Below are positions 18,689 through 30,000 of a stretch of DNA of 64,000 nucleotides, piece after piece. The stretch's first letter is position 1. Every line of letters begins with the position of its first letter. The stretch comes from Candidatus Dojkabacteria bacterium (lineage in GTDB: Bacteria > Patescibacteriota > Dojkabacteria > GCA-002793355). The DNA is taken from the NCBI GenBank assembly GCA_030583825.1, contig CP129477.1, positions 758,294 through 822,293 of the forward strand, given 5' to 3'. Position numbers and translations under genes: made by a program. The notes beneath the pieces are model-generated. The model was not told where the DNA came from. It saw nothing but the letters and a program-made list of their open reading frames with translations, and made no database searches.

Positions 18689-19417
18689 TAATTCTCTTTT
18701 CCAACAAATATAGGACTTTAATTTTTGTATATCAAAGAATTGTGCGCCAGTATTTAGCAATTCTTTTGTTATTCTTCTTGCAGTTGCAAATATAACAACT
18801 CTTTTACCGGATTTAATAAGTTGTGTCACTGTATCAGCAAAATCGCTGTCTCCACTCCACAGAATAAAGGTTTTTATTTCCGAAAAAGTTTTCGCGTCTA
18901 TTAACATATCTGAAGCAATTTCAACATCAAAATTACATTTCCTATGTTCAATCTGAAGTATTCCTTTTTTATTTAGCTGTAATAACATTTGGTTTAAGTA
19001 CCTAATAGTGGATTGGCTGAGCCTAGGAAGTAGTGCAGGTAATATAAAATTTTTAAGGACTTCGGTGCTATCGTCAGGAATGCTTGTTACATCAATCGAG
19101 AGCTTCATGATTTTTACGGGTTTTGTTCGTAAATTATACCCGTAACTTTGTAAATCTTCTATTGTTTTTTGAGAAGTTATATCGCCAATCAATATGCCTT
19201 GATAAACTTTTGTGCTGTGAATAGTATCAAAGGATTTAAACAATTGAAAAAGTCTTTTGTAATCAATATGGAAACCGAGTTTGTTTTGCCAATAAAAAAC
19301 ATTCGCGTAATCAATGTAAATGTATGTAGATGAATGAAGAACCTTTTTGAGAGTGTCTATATGGCGCGGCTCTTGAGAGTAAATCTCTTTGATTTTGTCA
19401 GTTGAAGGAATAAACAT
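18686..19417 (-). CDS. NYN/LabA-like (PIN-like) domain protein
   Basis: 243 aa. YIDYANVFY...IASDMLIDA...FILWSGDSDFADTV...GKRVVIF matches the NYN/LabA nuclease-fold signature. Confidence 0.65.
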   Translation of the reverse strand: MFIPSTDKIKEIYSQEPRHIDTLKKVLHSSTYIYIDYANVFYWQNKLGFHIDYKRLFQLFKSFDTIHSTKVYQGILIGDITSQKTIEDLQSYGYNLRTKPVKIMKLSIDVTSIPDDSTEVLKNFILPALLPRLSQSTIRYLNQMLLQLNKKGILQIEHRKCNFDVEIASDMLIDAKTFSEIKTFILWSGDSDFADTVTQLIKSGKRVVIFATARRITKELLNTGAQFFDIQKLKSYICWKREL

Positions 19418-19576
19418 AGAATACTCATACTCTACACCGCAAAAAATGATTGTAATTGGAATAATAGCTCCTCAATATTTGGAGGAAAAGTGTTTCCTTT
19501 ATTTATAGAAAGGAAGGTAAAGTTGCCGCATAGTGGTTTGGGTTATTGAGTGTGAGAGGCACTATGCGGCGAATAT

Positions 19577-19819
19577 TTAAGCAAGGCATGAGAGGAGCGC
19601 GAGGGCGAAAATAGAGTTTGTCCAGAGTGAAAAATTTGCCACGTCTTTGCCATAGCAATTTCCGCTCAGACAGTAGGTATATCGGCAGAGCGCCGATATA
19701 AAAATTGCGAAAAATACAAATACAAGGCAGAACGCAACGATGAGGTTGCGTAAGAACATTGCTTCCACGGGTACTACTCCTTTATTTCTACATGTGCGTA
19801 ATGATGAATTATACCACAA
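19577..19819 (-). CDS. small hydrophobic hypothetical protein (80 aa)
   Basis: ORF with one strongly hydrophobic segment. Weak support. Confidence 0.25.
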   Translation of the reverse strand: MWYNSSLRTCRNKGVVPVEAMFLRNLIVAFCLVFVFFAIFISALCRYTYCLSGNCYGKDVANFSLWTNSIFALALLSCLA

Positions 19820-19833
19820 AATGGCTAAAAAAT

Positions 19834-20247
19834 CTATGTCTCGCTATTTAATAAATTCATAATCTCGTGAATAGGCATAGATCCAAGCTGAGTTTCTAAT
19901 TCGTGGTTCCTGATTGATGTACACTTTGGTATTTCCCCTTGTATCTTTAGAATCTCGACGCAAAGAAAGTTTTTATCTGTAGTTCTATAACCGTAAATTT
20001 CATATTGGATTTTGTTTTTCAAGTCTTTAATCAAGTAGCTTTCAGTTGTGATAGGTAATGAATCTTCGTTAACTTCGTCACCTAAATTCAATATAAGTGA
20101 AATGTATTTATTATCGCCGCGTAACGTTGTTCCGCCACCGAATTCTTTTGCAAGGCCAATGGCTTTTTCGATTATCTGCCTAACGTGAGCATTCTTTTTA
20201 TAGCTCATAAGATATTTGTCCCAATTGTCGTGGAACAAAAGTTCCAC
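19834..20247 (-). CDS. hypothetical protein (137 aa)
   Basis: ORF directly upstream of the 80-aa ORF on the same strand. No motif. Confidence 0.4.
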   Translation of the reverse strand: MELLFHDNWDKYLMSYKKNAHVRQIIEKAIGLAKEFGGGTTLRGDNKYISLILNLGDEVNEDSLPITTESYLIKDLKNKIQYEIYGYRTTDKNFLCVEILKIQGEIPKCTSIRNHELETQLGSMPIHEIMNLLNSET

Positions 20248-20282
20248 AATTCCTTATAAAAACACGAGTGACACGGAAAACT

Positions 20283-21530
20283 TTACTTCTCCCCTACTCT
20301 ACCCGCTTTTTCTCCTGGTACATGTCCGTGAACATATTCAACAATCGCTTCCAAAAGCTTGCGTGTTGTTTCCTCCCAGGTAAATGAACGTGCATACTCA
20401 ATAGCTGGCTCCATTCCTTCGCTGCCACTCTTTCTTCGCGCTAACACTCCAAGACTTTTGACTACGCCGACGGTGTCTTTTGGATCGTGAAGCATTGCAT
20501 ATTCGGTAAAAAGCTCTTTTATTGGGCCATAATTCGAGCTGATAACAGGAACTCCTAGTGATAGTGCTTCAAGCTCTGGCAGGCCGAATCCTTCTGCAAA
20601 TGAAAGCCTAAACAATCCCTGTGAATGTGTCAGATAGTGAACAAGCTCTGAGTCTGAAAGCGTTGGTGTCAGGATAACATTCTCTATAACTCCTTCTTCT
20701 TTTGCCATTGTAAGCAGCTTTTCTTTTTTATTCTGTCCGCCAACAAACACCAGTTGTGCGGTATTAAATTCTGGATACGCGCGGATAAATGTTCCAAATG
20801 CGAGCATGATACCCTCAATATTTTTGTTAAAGTCGTAACCCCCGTAGTACACAAAATACTTATTGTTAATTGGAGAAGCCTTTTCTGTAGGACGATCTTC
20901 TGTTGCCGCAAACAGTGAAGAACCGAGATAAATAGGGACAATATCTTCCTTTCGGCGAAGATACTGAGAAACATTGTCTGCAGAGTGTTTTGAGTTTGTT
21001 ACGATCATGTCGGTCTTTGCAAGCTGGGAAATATACTGGTGATATTCCCATTTAAGCATTGCTCCAATCAATGGATTCTTATGAAAATGTGCTAATGCCA
21101 ACGGAATTAAATCATGAACCATACTCACGGTATAGTCTGCAAGCTTGTGAGTGCCAATCTGGTGTCGAGGGAGAAAATATACGCTGACATCTCCCTGCTC
21201 TTTAATTTGCTTAAAAAGTGGCGTTAACGATGGAGATGCAACCATTCCGTAGTAAAAGTATTTGATAATATTTCGCGATGGAACTGGCAGAGGCAATGTA
21301 TGAACCTGTACTTTATCAAGTGGAACTCCGAGGATTTCTGTCACTTTTGGTGTTGGAGATGATACTAATGTCACGCCGGAAAAGTCTTCTAATAGCTCAT
21401 CTTTGTTTTCTGTCATTTTTACAACGTGTTGAACAATCTCATAAGTGTACCGTCCAATTCCACGGTAACGATGGGAATCCTGCATGGGGAAAGTATTTAA
21501 CAGCAGGTGGATTTTTTTGTGTCCGCGCAT
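20283..21530 (-). CDS. glycosyltransferase family 4 (GT-B, group 1)
   Basis: 415 aa. C-terminal E-x7-E region EGFGLPELEALSLGVPVISSNYGPIKE. Confidence 0.8.
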   Translation of the reverse strand: MRGHKKIHLLLNTFPMQDSHRYRGIGRYTYEIVQHVVKMTENKDELLEDFSGVTLVSSPTPKVTEILGVPLDKVQVHTLPLPVPSRNIIKYFYYGMVASPSLTPLFKQIKEQGDVSVYFLPRHQIGTHKLADYTVSMVHDLIPLALAHFHKNPLIGAMLKWEYHQYISQLAKTDMIVTNSKHSADNVSQYLRRKEDIVPIYLGSSLFAATEDRPTEKASPINNKYFVYYGGYDFNKNIEGIMLAFGTFIRAYPEFNTAQLVFVGGQNKKEKLLTMAKEEGVIENVILTPTLSDSELVHYLTHSQGLFRLSFAEGFGLPELEALSLGVPVISSNYGPIKELFTEYAMLHDPKDTVGVVKSLGVLARRKSGSEGMEPAIEYARSFTWEETTRKLLEAIVEYVHGHVPGEKAGRVGEK

Positions 21531-21591
21531 AGCTAATTGTAGAGGATTAATGTAAAGACCTCAATACCCGATATTTTCCGGGTTTTTAATA

Positions 21592-22953
21592 TCAGGATTG
21601 GTCTGTGTTTGTGTCTGGATTGTCCTTTGGCAAAAATGATTGGTCAACTAATGCTGCAACCTTTTTTCCCTCGCGTACAGCAAAGTTTGTACCACGATCT
21701 TCGGGGTAAATCTGCGTAAAATTGCTCAAGTAAATATTATCTAAAGGAGTCTGCATTGCTGGAATTCTCTCTTTGTATCCTTTTGTGACAACGTGTTGAG
21801 CATTTTTAAATTTGAAGAAGTACGATTCGCGTATGTGAGTTTCATCAAAGTCAGGAAACATTTGCTTGAGGTAACTGTACCAAAGCTTTTTGATTTCTCC
21901 GTCTTCCATTGTGAAGTACTTATGATCGTGAGGAATATACGTTCCCAAGTAATACACATGCTGGTTGTTGTATTTTTCTTTCCCAACAAGATTTGAGTGC
22001 TGAATAAAGACCAGAAATGGTGCTGAAAGATCGTTTATATTGTGCCAGTAAAATTCACTGAGTGATTGCGGAGTAGAAAAGATATGTAATGCTGCCCCAA
22101 GATACGGAACCGAGAGTAACTGTTCTTTGTAAGAGTCTGTCATTTGTTCATGCTCTGTTGTGAGTGCAACAAACACGTGAGATGGCGCTGTAACAATAAC
22201 ACGGTCGAAAATCTCTGAAACATCGTTGATAACAACTGCTACTCGACTTCCCGCTTTGCGTATTGCTGACACGTTCACACTGTTTCTAATCTCCCCATTG
22301 TGTGAGAGAACGGCCTCTTTTAATGCCTGTGTAAGTACCGTGAAACCTCCACTGAAATATCCTAATTTTTCTTTGAGCTCTCCGGGTGCTTTTGACTGTC
22401 CACGAGTGTGAATTCTTGCCCATAACCAGGCCATTGAAATGTCTTCGGCATAGTTATGAAACTTTCCACGGAGTAACGGTTCCCAAATAACTTTTGTGCC
22501 TGCGATGCCTGCCCACCGTTTCATCCAGTGAAGTGCTGATGTTTTTCCAAACGATTCTCCGTTGTGATAATTCGTTAAAAATAAGTATAGGAGTCCTGTT
22601 CTGATTCTGTCAGGTAATGGCAATGGCGAAAATTTGATCAAATCAATCGGGCCTGAAAACGGATATAACTGTTTGTCGTAGTAAATTGCGACACTGCTTT
22701 CGTGCCATTCCAGCTTGTCTGAAATGCCAAGCTCTTCTACAAGCGAAATAATGTCGGTATCGGTTCTAAATAAATGATGATACGCTTTTTCAAGTGCTGT
22801 CCCTTCAATTGTAAAGTCAGCGGCAAGTCCGCCAACAGAAGCTTGTCTCTCGAGAATTGTCACACGGTATCCTTTCTTTAAAAGCTCGTATGCAGCAGTA
22901 AGTCCGGTATATCCTCCGCCAATAATTGCGATATGTGGTGTCTGCGTTCCCAT
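21592..22953 (-). CDS. FAD/NAD(P)-binding oxidoreductase (amine-oxidase/CrtI/protoporphyrinogen-oxidase-like fold)
   Basis: 453 aa. N-terminal Rossmann motif IAIIGGGYTGLTAAYELLKKGYRVTILERQASVGGLA. Confidence 0.7.
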   Translation of the reverse strand: MGTQTPHIAIIGGGYTGLTAAYELLKKGYRVTILERQASVGGLAADFTIEGTALEKAYHHLFRTDTDIISLVEELGISDKLEWHESSVAIYYDKQLYPFSGPIDLIKFSPLPLPDRIRTGLLYLFLTNYHNGESFGKTSALHWMKRWAGIAGTKVIWEPLLRGKFHNYAEDISMAWLWARIHTRGQSKAPGELKEKLGYFSGGFTVLTQALKEAVLSHNGEIRNSVNVSAIRKAGSRVAVVINDVSEIFDRVIVTAPSHVFVALTTEHEQMTDSYKEQLLSVPYLGAALHIFSTPQSLSEFYWHNINDLSAPFLVFIQHSNLVGKEKYNNQHVYYLGTYIPHDHKYFTMEDGEIKKLWYSYLKQMFPDFDETHIRESYFFKFKNAQHVVTKGYKERIPAMQTPLDNIYLSNFTQIYPEDRGTNFAVREGKKVAALVDQSFLPKDNPDTNTDQS

Positions 22954-22956
22954 AAT

Positions 22957-23910
22957 CTACTTGTCTTGCGCGTTAGATTTATTACTTCGCACTGCTGAAA
23001 CAATATACAGCGGGCGATGCTGCACTTCTTTGTAAATGCGGCCAATATAAATTCCAAGCACGCCAAGCATTGTAAGTTGCACGCCGCCAATAAACAAAAC
23101 CGAAAATAGTAATGTTGTCCAACCTGAAACAGTGATATCAGGAAAGAAAATTCTCAACACAAGTGCGTATAAAATGCCCAACGAGCTGATAAGTGTCGTG
23201 AACCATCCAAATTGAGCAATAAGCTGTAGTGGAACTGCTGAAAAACTTGTAATTGCATCAAGGGCTAGCGAAAGCATTTTCGCTAGTGGATAATGAGTTT
23301 TGCCGCTAAAGCGTTCATCACGGTCAAATTGCACCGCTGTTTGCTTGAAACCTACATAACTGACAAGCCCTCGCATAAAACGGTTTGATTCTCGAAATTG
23401 TTGCAACGCTTTCACTACTTTTCTGTCCATTAATCTGAAGTCGCCCGTATCTTTTGGAATGTGAATATTGGCGAAGATTGCGAGCAAGCGATAAAACAAA
23501 AATGCAGTCCACTTTTTGAAAGGTGTGTCTTTTCGGGTTTTTCGCTGAGCATACACAACTTCGTATCCAGCTTCCCATTCTTTGATCAAATCTATGCATA
23601 CTGACGGAGGATCCTGCATATCTGCATCCATGATAATTGCTGCATCTGCTGTGGACATATCAATACCTGCAGTGATTGCAATTTGGTGTCCGAAGTTTCG
23701 GGAAAAATGGATTACAGTGAAAGAATCATCGTTTTTTTGGAATTCATCCAGCATATCTGCGGATTTATCTTTGCTGCCGTCATTAATAAAAATATACGAA
23801 AACGCATATTTATTCTGCAATGGAGAGAATGTCTCTTTCAGAGTCTTAATAAGCCGCTCTAAGTTCCCTTCTTCGTTGTAAACAGGAATAATAATGTCAA
23901 TTTGTTTCAT
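22957..23910 (-). CDS. GT2 polyprenyl-phosphate glycosyltransferase (GtrB/ArnC/DPM1-like) with C-terminal TM helices
   Basis: 317 aa. IIIPVYNEEGNL, FINDGSKDKS and the DxD region IIMDADMQDPP. Two C-terminal TM helices typical of the GtrB family. Confidence 0.8.
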   Translation of the reverse strand: MKQIDIIIPVYNEEGNLERLIKTLKETFSPLQNKYAFSYIFINDGSKDKSADMLDEFQKNDDSFTVIHFSRNFGHQIAITAGIDMSTADAAIIMDADMQDPPSVCIDLIKEWEAGYEVVYAQRKTRKDTPFKKWTAFLFYRLLAIFANIHIPKDTGDFRLMDRKVVKALQQFRESNRFMRGLVSYVGFKQTAVQFDRDERFSGKTHYPLAKMLSLALDAITSFSAVPLQLIAQFGWFTTLISSLGILYALVLRIFFPDITVSGWTTLLFSVLFIGGVQLTMLGVLGIYIGRIYKEVQHRPLYIVSAVRSNKSNAQDK

Positions 23911-23952
23911 TTGCTACTGCATAAATTTACGCGGGCAGTGTACAATTCAATC

Positions 23953-24915
23953 ATGACTAATGATAGTGTAGCACAAATCTTTGTAGAGTGTGCCAAAAAA
24001 GCGGGAGTTCCAGTTACAAAAGCAAAAAACTTTGCGAAAGTAATGGACAACCATCCTGTTACAGAGTATTTCCACCGGGCGGTATTCCACGTTGAACCAA
24101 TCCTCTTCGGGCTTGAATCATCTAGCTATGCAGAAGTAGTAAAACCTATTCTTACGCGATTTGCACTTCTTCCCTACTTTGTTTTTCTCGATACGGAGAG
24201 AATTATTTCCAGACAGTTCTTACAGCTATATTCTCAGAATCTTGTGACACGCTTGATTACCATCTCTACACAGGAACAGAAAAAATCCGGCTTACTCTCA
24301 GCAATTGTGGCGAAGCAGGACAAATGGGAAAAAGACTTTTCTCTATGGCTTGGAATGGCATCGCAGTGTTTGGATAAAGATTTTTTGCTCCGAGATCATT
24401 CTCTTGTAACGACGTATATCCAATCTTTTATAAAAAGCTTTACTCATTGCGCAAGTATTTTTGTGGATTTTTTTGTATTGGAATCTTCTCGATATGACCG
24501 TGACATGGCTGTCTCTCTCCGCGATTTACTCGTGTTGGGAATGTATAACCACAGTAAAAGTATGGCAGACGAATTTAGAACGATTATTGTTCGGGCAAAT
24601 ATAAAGGCATTAGAACTCTTTCCAGAGCAGATTTTTACAGATATGTTGGCAAAGATTGCTGAAGAACGATTTCCGCTTTTTGGAGAGTTTTTCTCGCGTA
24701 AATCAAAGGTAACAAAAGACTTTTTAAAGGATTGCAATCGAATGACAGTTCCCGAAACAATGAGCTCGTTTTTTGCGAATGCTCCTGTGAAATCGCTTGA
24801 AAATATTTCTCACGAACTGCTTGATATTAATAAAGATATGGAGCGTCAGTTACTTCGTACAGAATATATCTCTACGCTAGTCCAACTTACGGACGGAATG
24901 TATCCAAAGGATTAA
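23953..24915 (+). CDS. hypothetical protein (about 320 aa)
   Basis: ORF divergent from the GT2 gene. Start at ATG 23953 is preferred because TACAAT lies 6 nt upstream (leaderless pattern). The track start at 23902 would overlap the GT2 start. Confidence 0.45.
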   Translation: MTNDSVAQIFVECAKKAGVPVTKAKNFAKVMDNHPVTEYFHRAVFHVEPILFGLESSSYAEVVKPILTRFALLPYFVFLDTERIISRQFLQLYSQNLVTRLITISTQEQKKSGLLSAIVAKQDKWEKDFSLWLGMASQCLDKDFLLRDHSLVTTYIQSFIKSFTHCASIFVDFFVLESSRYDRDMAVSLRDLLVLGMYNHSKSMADEFRTIIVRANIKALELFPEQIFTDMLAKIAEERFPLFGEFFSRKSKVTKDFLKDCNRMTVPETMSSFFANAPVKSLENISHELLDINKDMERQLLRTEYISTLVQLTDGMYPKD

Positions 24916-27004
24916 ATTTTGCTGCCTGTTCAGTTGCAACCGTAGCCGCCGCTGGCGCAGGTGGTGTTTCGGGGGCTGGAGGCATCTCCGGAATTCCCTG
25001 AGCAGGTACTTGCTCTTGTGGCTCTTGGTCTGAACTTTCTACGCTTTGTGATTCTGGTTGTGTCATCTGTGCAATTGGTGATGCGGCAAATTCTGCTGCG
25101 AATGCTTCCGCTGGTTTTGGTGCTTCTGCAGATCTTTCTGATTTTCCAACGAGTGTGTCAATTGGCGGTAACCCTGCAGTGGTTGGAACAGTATCTTGCT
25201 GCTTTTGCTGAGGTACTGCTGTTACTTCGACTACAGGAGCTACCTGTTGTTGGGATTCTGGGTTTTCGTTTGGTTCTTGCGCGACTTGTTGGCCAGATAA
25301 TTCCGGAGCTTGCTGTGTTGGAGTTGGTATTGCTGGAGGCGGAGGTTCAACTGGTGTTGTGGCGGTAACAGCTTGTGGTGGAACTTCCTGCGCCGGTATC
25401 TGAGGAGTTGTTTCTGGAACAGGAGGCATTTCGGGCATTGCGCCTAGGGGTAAAGGTTGCTCTTGTGGTGTATTTTGTTCCGGTTCGCTAATTCCTGCTA
25501 CTTCGAGCGGGGATGCTGCAAGTTCAGATAATAAGTCAGAAGACTTTCCTACCGGCGATGGAGCTGCTTGCGGTGGTAATGGCACGGCTGCTTGGGTTAG
25601 AGGCATTGGCTGGCTTGATTGAATTGGCGCGTTTATGGGGACTGCAGGCGTTGGTACTGCCTGAGGTGCCGCAGTGGCCATTGGCATGGTAGCAACCGGA
25701 GTTATAGTAGGTACTGGCGTAGGAATTGGAGTACTTGCCGATGATACTCCTGGCACTGGAGCAGGTATAGGTTGAGGTTGGGTTTGCGCAATAGGTGGCA
25801 TTGTGGGAATTGCCTGAGCCGGAGTATTTTGTGTGGGAGTTAGTGACTGTAAAATCTGCTGCGATGACATTGCCGGTGTGGTTGGAGTTACCTGCGGCGC
25901 AGACGTTTGAAATTGACCTTGAATATTTTGCGGTGCCATAGGCTGAGTAGATGCCATCTGCGCTGGCGTCGTATTTATTTGTCCACTCTGTTGATTCTGT
26001 TGAAATCCTTGCTGTGGCAAAGTTTGACCCTGCGGGTATTGTTGTTGTGGATAGCCAGCAATTGGCTGCTGCATTCCTGGATACTGAGGATATGGCGGTG
26101 GAGATTGCTGCCCTTGCGCGGACGTTGGTATCTGTCCACTCGACATTCCCTGTGTTCCCTGCTGGGGAGCTTGCATTTGGGGGAGCTGAGTCATTTGTTG
26201 AGGGTAAGGAATATATCCCGGAGGATATTGTCCTGGCATTGCTGGCATGTTTCCTTGCATAGTACCTGCTCCTGTTGGTACATTTTGCATACCTTGAGGC
26301 ATAGAAGGCGGGACTTGTCCCATTTGTGGATATGGAGATGGGTACATTTGAGGGTATTGTTGCGGATACGCTCCATACGGATATATTGGAGGTGTCATTT
26401 GTGGCATGCCATAAGGATACACTGCTGGCATTTGTCCTTGTTGCTGCATTGGCGAAGTATTTGTTGCGTCGGAAGGCTTTTTAATCGTCTGAATTGGTGA
26501 CGGCTTTTCTTTTAGTTCGGGAAGTACTGCTTCTCCCTCCAGTACTTCCGCTTGAACTGTACCACTACTCTCTTGCGAATCTTGTGAAACATCCTTTTTA
26601 TCTTGTTTCACATTTTCATCGGCTTCTTCGTGCTTGTGTGCGTCTGCCACAAGAGATTTATACGGAAAATCCGTGTTTATTGAATCGCTACTAAATGTCT
26701 TTACATCAGGTTTCACGATCTCGTCTTTTGAAAAGATGTCTTTCGACCGCGAAATATCTCCGCTTAAATCACCATTTGGTGCTTTTGTTGCTTCCTCTTT
26801 TCCTGTAGAAGTATCTCCAGGGAGTGCTGGCAAGCCATGTGGAGCTGGGTTAGGATTTGCTCCGGAGGCAGATGGCTTTGGCTCGTTTTGAGATACTCCA
26901 CTTAATGCTGAACGACCACCTGCGTCAATGACTTCAGGTTTCTTCCCAAGTTTTTCTGCGATGTTTGTTGCTATGTTCGCAAACATCTTGTCAAAGGTGG
27001 CCAT
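24887..27004 (-). CDS. Pro/Gln/Met-rich intrinsically disordered protein (705 aa), no TM or signal peptide
   Basis: Long uninterrupted ORF with extreme low complexity (YPQQYPQMYPSPYPQMGQVPPSMPQGMQ and similar). C-terminal imperfect repeats PQEQ-PEMPP-PET. Antisense ORFs in this region are composition artefacts. Confidence 0.6.
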   Translation of the reverse strand: MATFDKMFANIATNIAEKLGKKPEVIDAGGRSALSGVSQNEPKPSASGANPNPAPHGLPALPGDTSTGKEEATKAPNGDLSGDISRSKDIFSKDEIVKPDVKTFSSDSINTDFPYKSLVADAHKHEEADENVKQDKKDVSQDSQESSGTVQAEVLEGEAVLPELKEKPSPIQTIKKPSDATNTSPMQQQGQMPAVYPYGMPQMTPPIYPYGAYPQQYPQMYPSPYPQMGQVPPSMPQGMQNVPTGAGTMQGNMPAMPGQYPPGYIPYPQQMTQLPQMQAPQQGTQGMSSGQIPTSAQGQQSPPPYPQYPGMQQPIAGYPQQQYPQGQTLPQQGFQQNQQSGQINTTPAQMASTQPMAPQNIQGQFQTSAPQVTPTTPAMSSQQILQSLTPTQNTPAQAIPTMPPIAQTQPQPIPAPVPGVSSASTPIPTPVPTITPVATMPMATAAPQAVPTPAVPINAPIQSSQPMPLTQAAVPLPPQAAPSPVGKSSDLLSELAASPLEVAGISEPEQNTPQEQPLPLGAMPEMPPVPETTPQIPAQEVPPQAVTATTPVEPPPPAIPTPTQQAPELSGQQVAQEPNENPESQQQVAPVVEVTAVPQQKQQDTVPTTAGLPPIDTLVGKSERSAEAPKPAEAFAAEFAASPIAQMTQPESQSVESSDQEPQEQVPAQGIPEMPPAPETPPAPAAATVATEQAAKFNPLDTFRP

Positions 27005-27060
27005 AGGCAGTTTTATCTTTCTTAATCTTTATTCGTATTTTAAGCTAAGGTGAGTCATCG

Positions 27061-30000
27061 TTAGATTGCTCCTCCTTGCGGCTGTGTAGGCTCTGAGTTT
27101 ACGGCTATATCACTTGTGCTAATGCTAGGTGTGCTCGCTGTTAAGTCGCTGATTGCAGATGGAACTGGTAAATCACTAACCGTTGGTGCAGATGGCGACG
27201 ATGGTGCGATATCAGGCTGTACAACTGCTTGTGGTGTGATTGTTGGAGCTGCTACCGGAGAAGCTGGCATTGCCGGAGATGAAGGCTCTGTTACTGGTGT
27301 AGATGCTACGGCAGGCGTTGAAGGGATGGTCGGTGCTGTTTCTGCCAGCTTTGGCTGTTGTGCGATAAAGCCTGAATCTGCTGCTGAAATTGTTGGCTGT
27401 GCTGCAGGTGCAATCGGCGTTGTAACCGAAGCCATTGATGGCGTTAATGGAGTTGTCGGTGTTGGTGCGGGGAATTCCATTGCTGCTGCAGGCTGTGGTG
27501 TTGATGGTTTTTTGCCTCTGCGTGACATTAATCCAATAATAAAGAGGAGAATCAGAATAACGACGACTGCTCCTACTCCACCGAGAATAAATGGAAGATC
27601 TTTGCGGTGAATGTAAATGCCGCTGATTTCAAAAATCGGTGTATTGTCTTCTCCATTGTTGATTTTTTCCTGAGCCAAGAGAATTAATGGTGCGGTGATT
27701 TCGTCAATTGGTGCGTACGCTGCTTTTGCGGCTTCCAAATCGCGAATTGCCCACTGGTAATATCCTTTTGTCAGGTTATCCAATCCTGAGGCAAATGTTG
27801 TCGAAACAGTGCTGACAGAGTTGCTAATATTTTGCTCTGCAATGAATTTTGAAAGCTCTTCGACAGAAACTCCAGCATTATAGTTTTTATCAGTGACACG
27901 TCCGGAAATTCCGTAAGTGCTGACTGCGATAACTCGACCATCGTTATTTACGATTGGCCCACCGCTGTTGCCTGGGCTGATTGTTGCATCAACTTGTACA
28001 AGCTTGAATTGGCTGTTTGCACTTGGCTTGACTGCACTGACTGTTCCTTTCGTGATTGTTGGAATTGTTGTTGCATCATCGGCGAAAAGTGTTTTGTTGT
28101 TTGCAAGTGACGGAAAACCAATTGCATAGACAGTACTTCCTTCAGTAATGGTTTGGTAATTTCCAAGCTGTAATGTTGGGTATTTGCCCTGAGGTGCGGA
28201 AATTTTTAGCAATGCGAGGTCTGGAACATTGACGGTAAACTCTTTTGTTTCTGCACTGGCATCTGCCTGTTTTGCTTTTTGCTGCTCAATGAGAAACTCG
28301 TAGTAGCTTTCAAGCTCTTTTGTTTGAACAAGCTCTGCTTTCAAATATTTAGTAGGATCTTTTGGTTTGAGTGTTGTTGCGTCAATGTCGAATGGTTCTT
28401 CTCCCTGAATATAAGACTCTTGAGAAGTTCTCTCTGCAGTGATTTTGTTTTCAACAAGACCGTAGGCAATAACATCTGATGCAACAGAAGTAATTTGTTT
28501 TTGCACGGTAGGATCGTTTAAGTCAGCGAGTGGGTATTTTGCAATATATGCTCGTGCAACATCTGTAAGAACATCTTTTGCGAAGCCTGCATCGTTACCT
28601 GCATTAAATGCATCCATTGCTGTATCGAAAGAGTTTGGTGCTGCAACATGTGCATTTGTCACAATTACTCCATCTTCGTGGACAAAGAATCCTGTGCCAA
28701 AACCTGCAGTACAAATTTGGTATGTTTTTCGTGATGCTGTTGGAAGAATATCAGGCATTGATACTTTCATGTTTGAGCAAACGCGTGCGAATACTCGAAC
28801 TGTTGCAGTTTTTCCCATAAGCGCTGCTTTTTCAATTGTAAGAGTTGAAGTCGTGGATGCTCCAAGTACTGCAGCATCGTCTGTTGTAATGCCTCCTTGT
28901 GCGAGTGTTCCGCTTCCATTTTCTGCAAGAGCTGGAATAAATGGGTTTGCAGATGTTTGATGTTCAAACTGTAATGAGCCAATAAGCGCCTCGAGATCTT
29001 TTGCTGCGAATGCCGGATCTCCTTTTTTGTCATTATCTTCCATGCGTGATACTCGAATTTGCATGGTTGATGAAGTCGCTGGAGAAAATCCTAAGTATAC
29101 CGTTCTGGTTGTTAAGTACCCTGAAGAAACATAGCTCATTGTGTAACGGATAAACTCTACTCCATTAATAGTTTGCTTTGCTTTATCTTCAAGAAGCTTA
29201 AACTCTTTGTCTTTGTAGGTTTCGCGGTCAAATTCGATATCTTTTTGCATTCGCTCTTCGAGCGCGGACATTTCTTTAAATCCACGGAAGGTTGCTGCCG
29301 AAAATCCTACTGTAATTGAGGGATTTGAGCTATTCTTGGACAAATATGCAAGCGAGAGGCTGGATTCAGTCTGTGAATTTACTGTCCACATTGTTCTGTC
29401 AAAGGAAATTGTCGCTTTTGCATCTTTAATTTGGGCAACAATATTTGCTTCAAGACCTTCTGGCTTTATTACAACAGACTTAAGAATTGCTGTGTAGTCT
29501 TGCAATACCGCGTCTGACACGACGGCTGTTCCCTGTCGTTTAATAACAATTGCTACGTCAGTATCTTTTTCTCTGCGTGTAAGGACGGTTACTTTATATT
29601 CTGTGCTTACTCCCGGCTGAGTAATTGATTCCACAAAGTAGGTAATGGTAAATGAGGTAACTCCTTCGTTTTCAACTTTTTCTGTAAGCTGAGTGCTCTT
29701 ATAAATAGAGGTGTAATAGTTTGAGTAGTATTCATAAAGATCGGCAAATCTTCCTTTGTCGGGAAGTTCCAGTGATGCATACACTTCATAATTTCCGTAT
29801 GGACTGATTAAAACGCTTCGTGAGCTGTCTGAAACAGAAAATCTATCTGCTGAGTATGTAAGAAGAAGATCTAAATTTGGAGAGTAATATTCTTTTGTTC
29901 CGCCTTCTGCGTATACAAGCTGTTTGCTTAATGCATTTTTAACATCCTGATTATCGGTGTCAACAACGATTGTTCCATCTGCGCTTCGCTGTGTAGATAG

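Noticed and set aside
25907-26694. Several antisense or alternate-frame ORFs (for example 197-aa, 103-aa and 66-aa) inside the Pro/Gln-rich gene
   Set aside because: Products are Leu/Arg/Trp-rich mirror translations of a low-complexity CAG/CCN-rich region, a compositional artefact.
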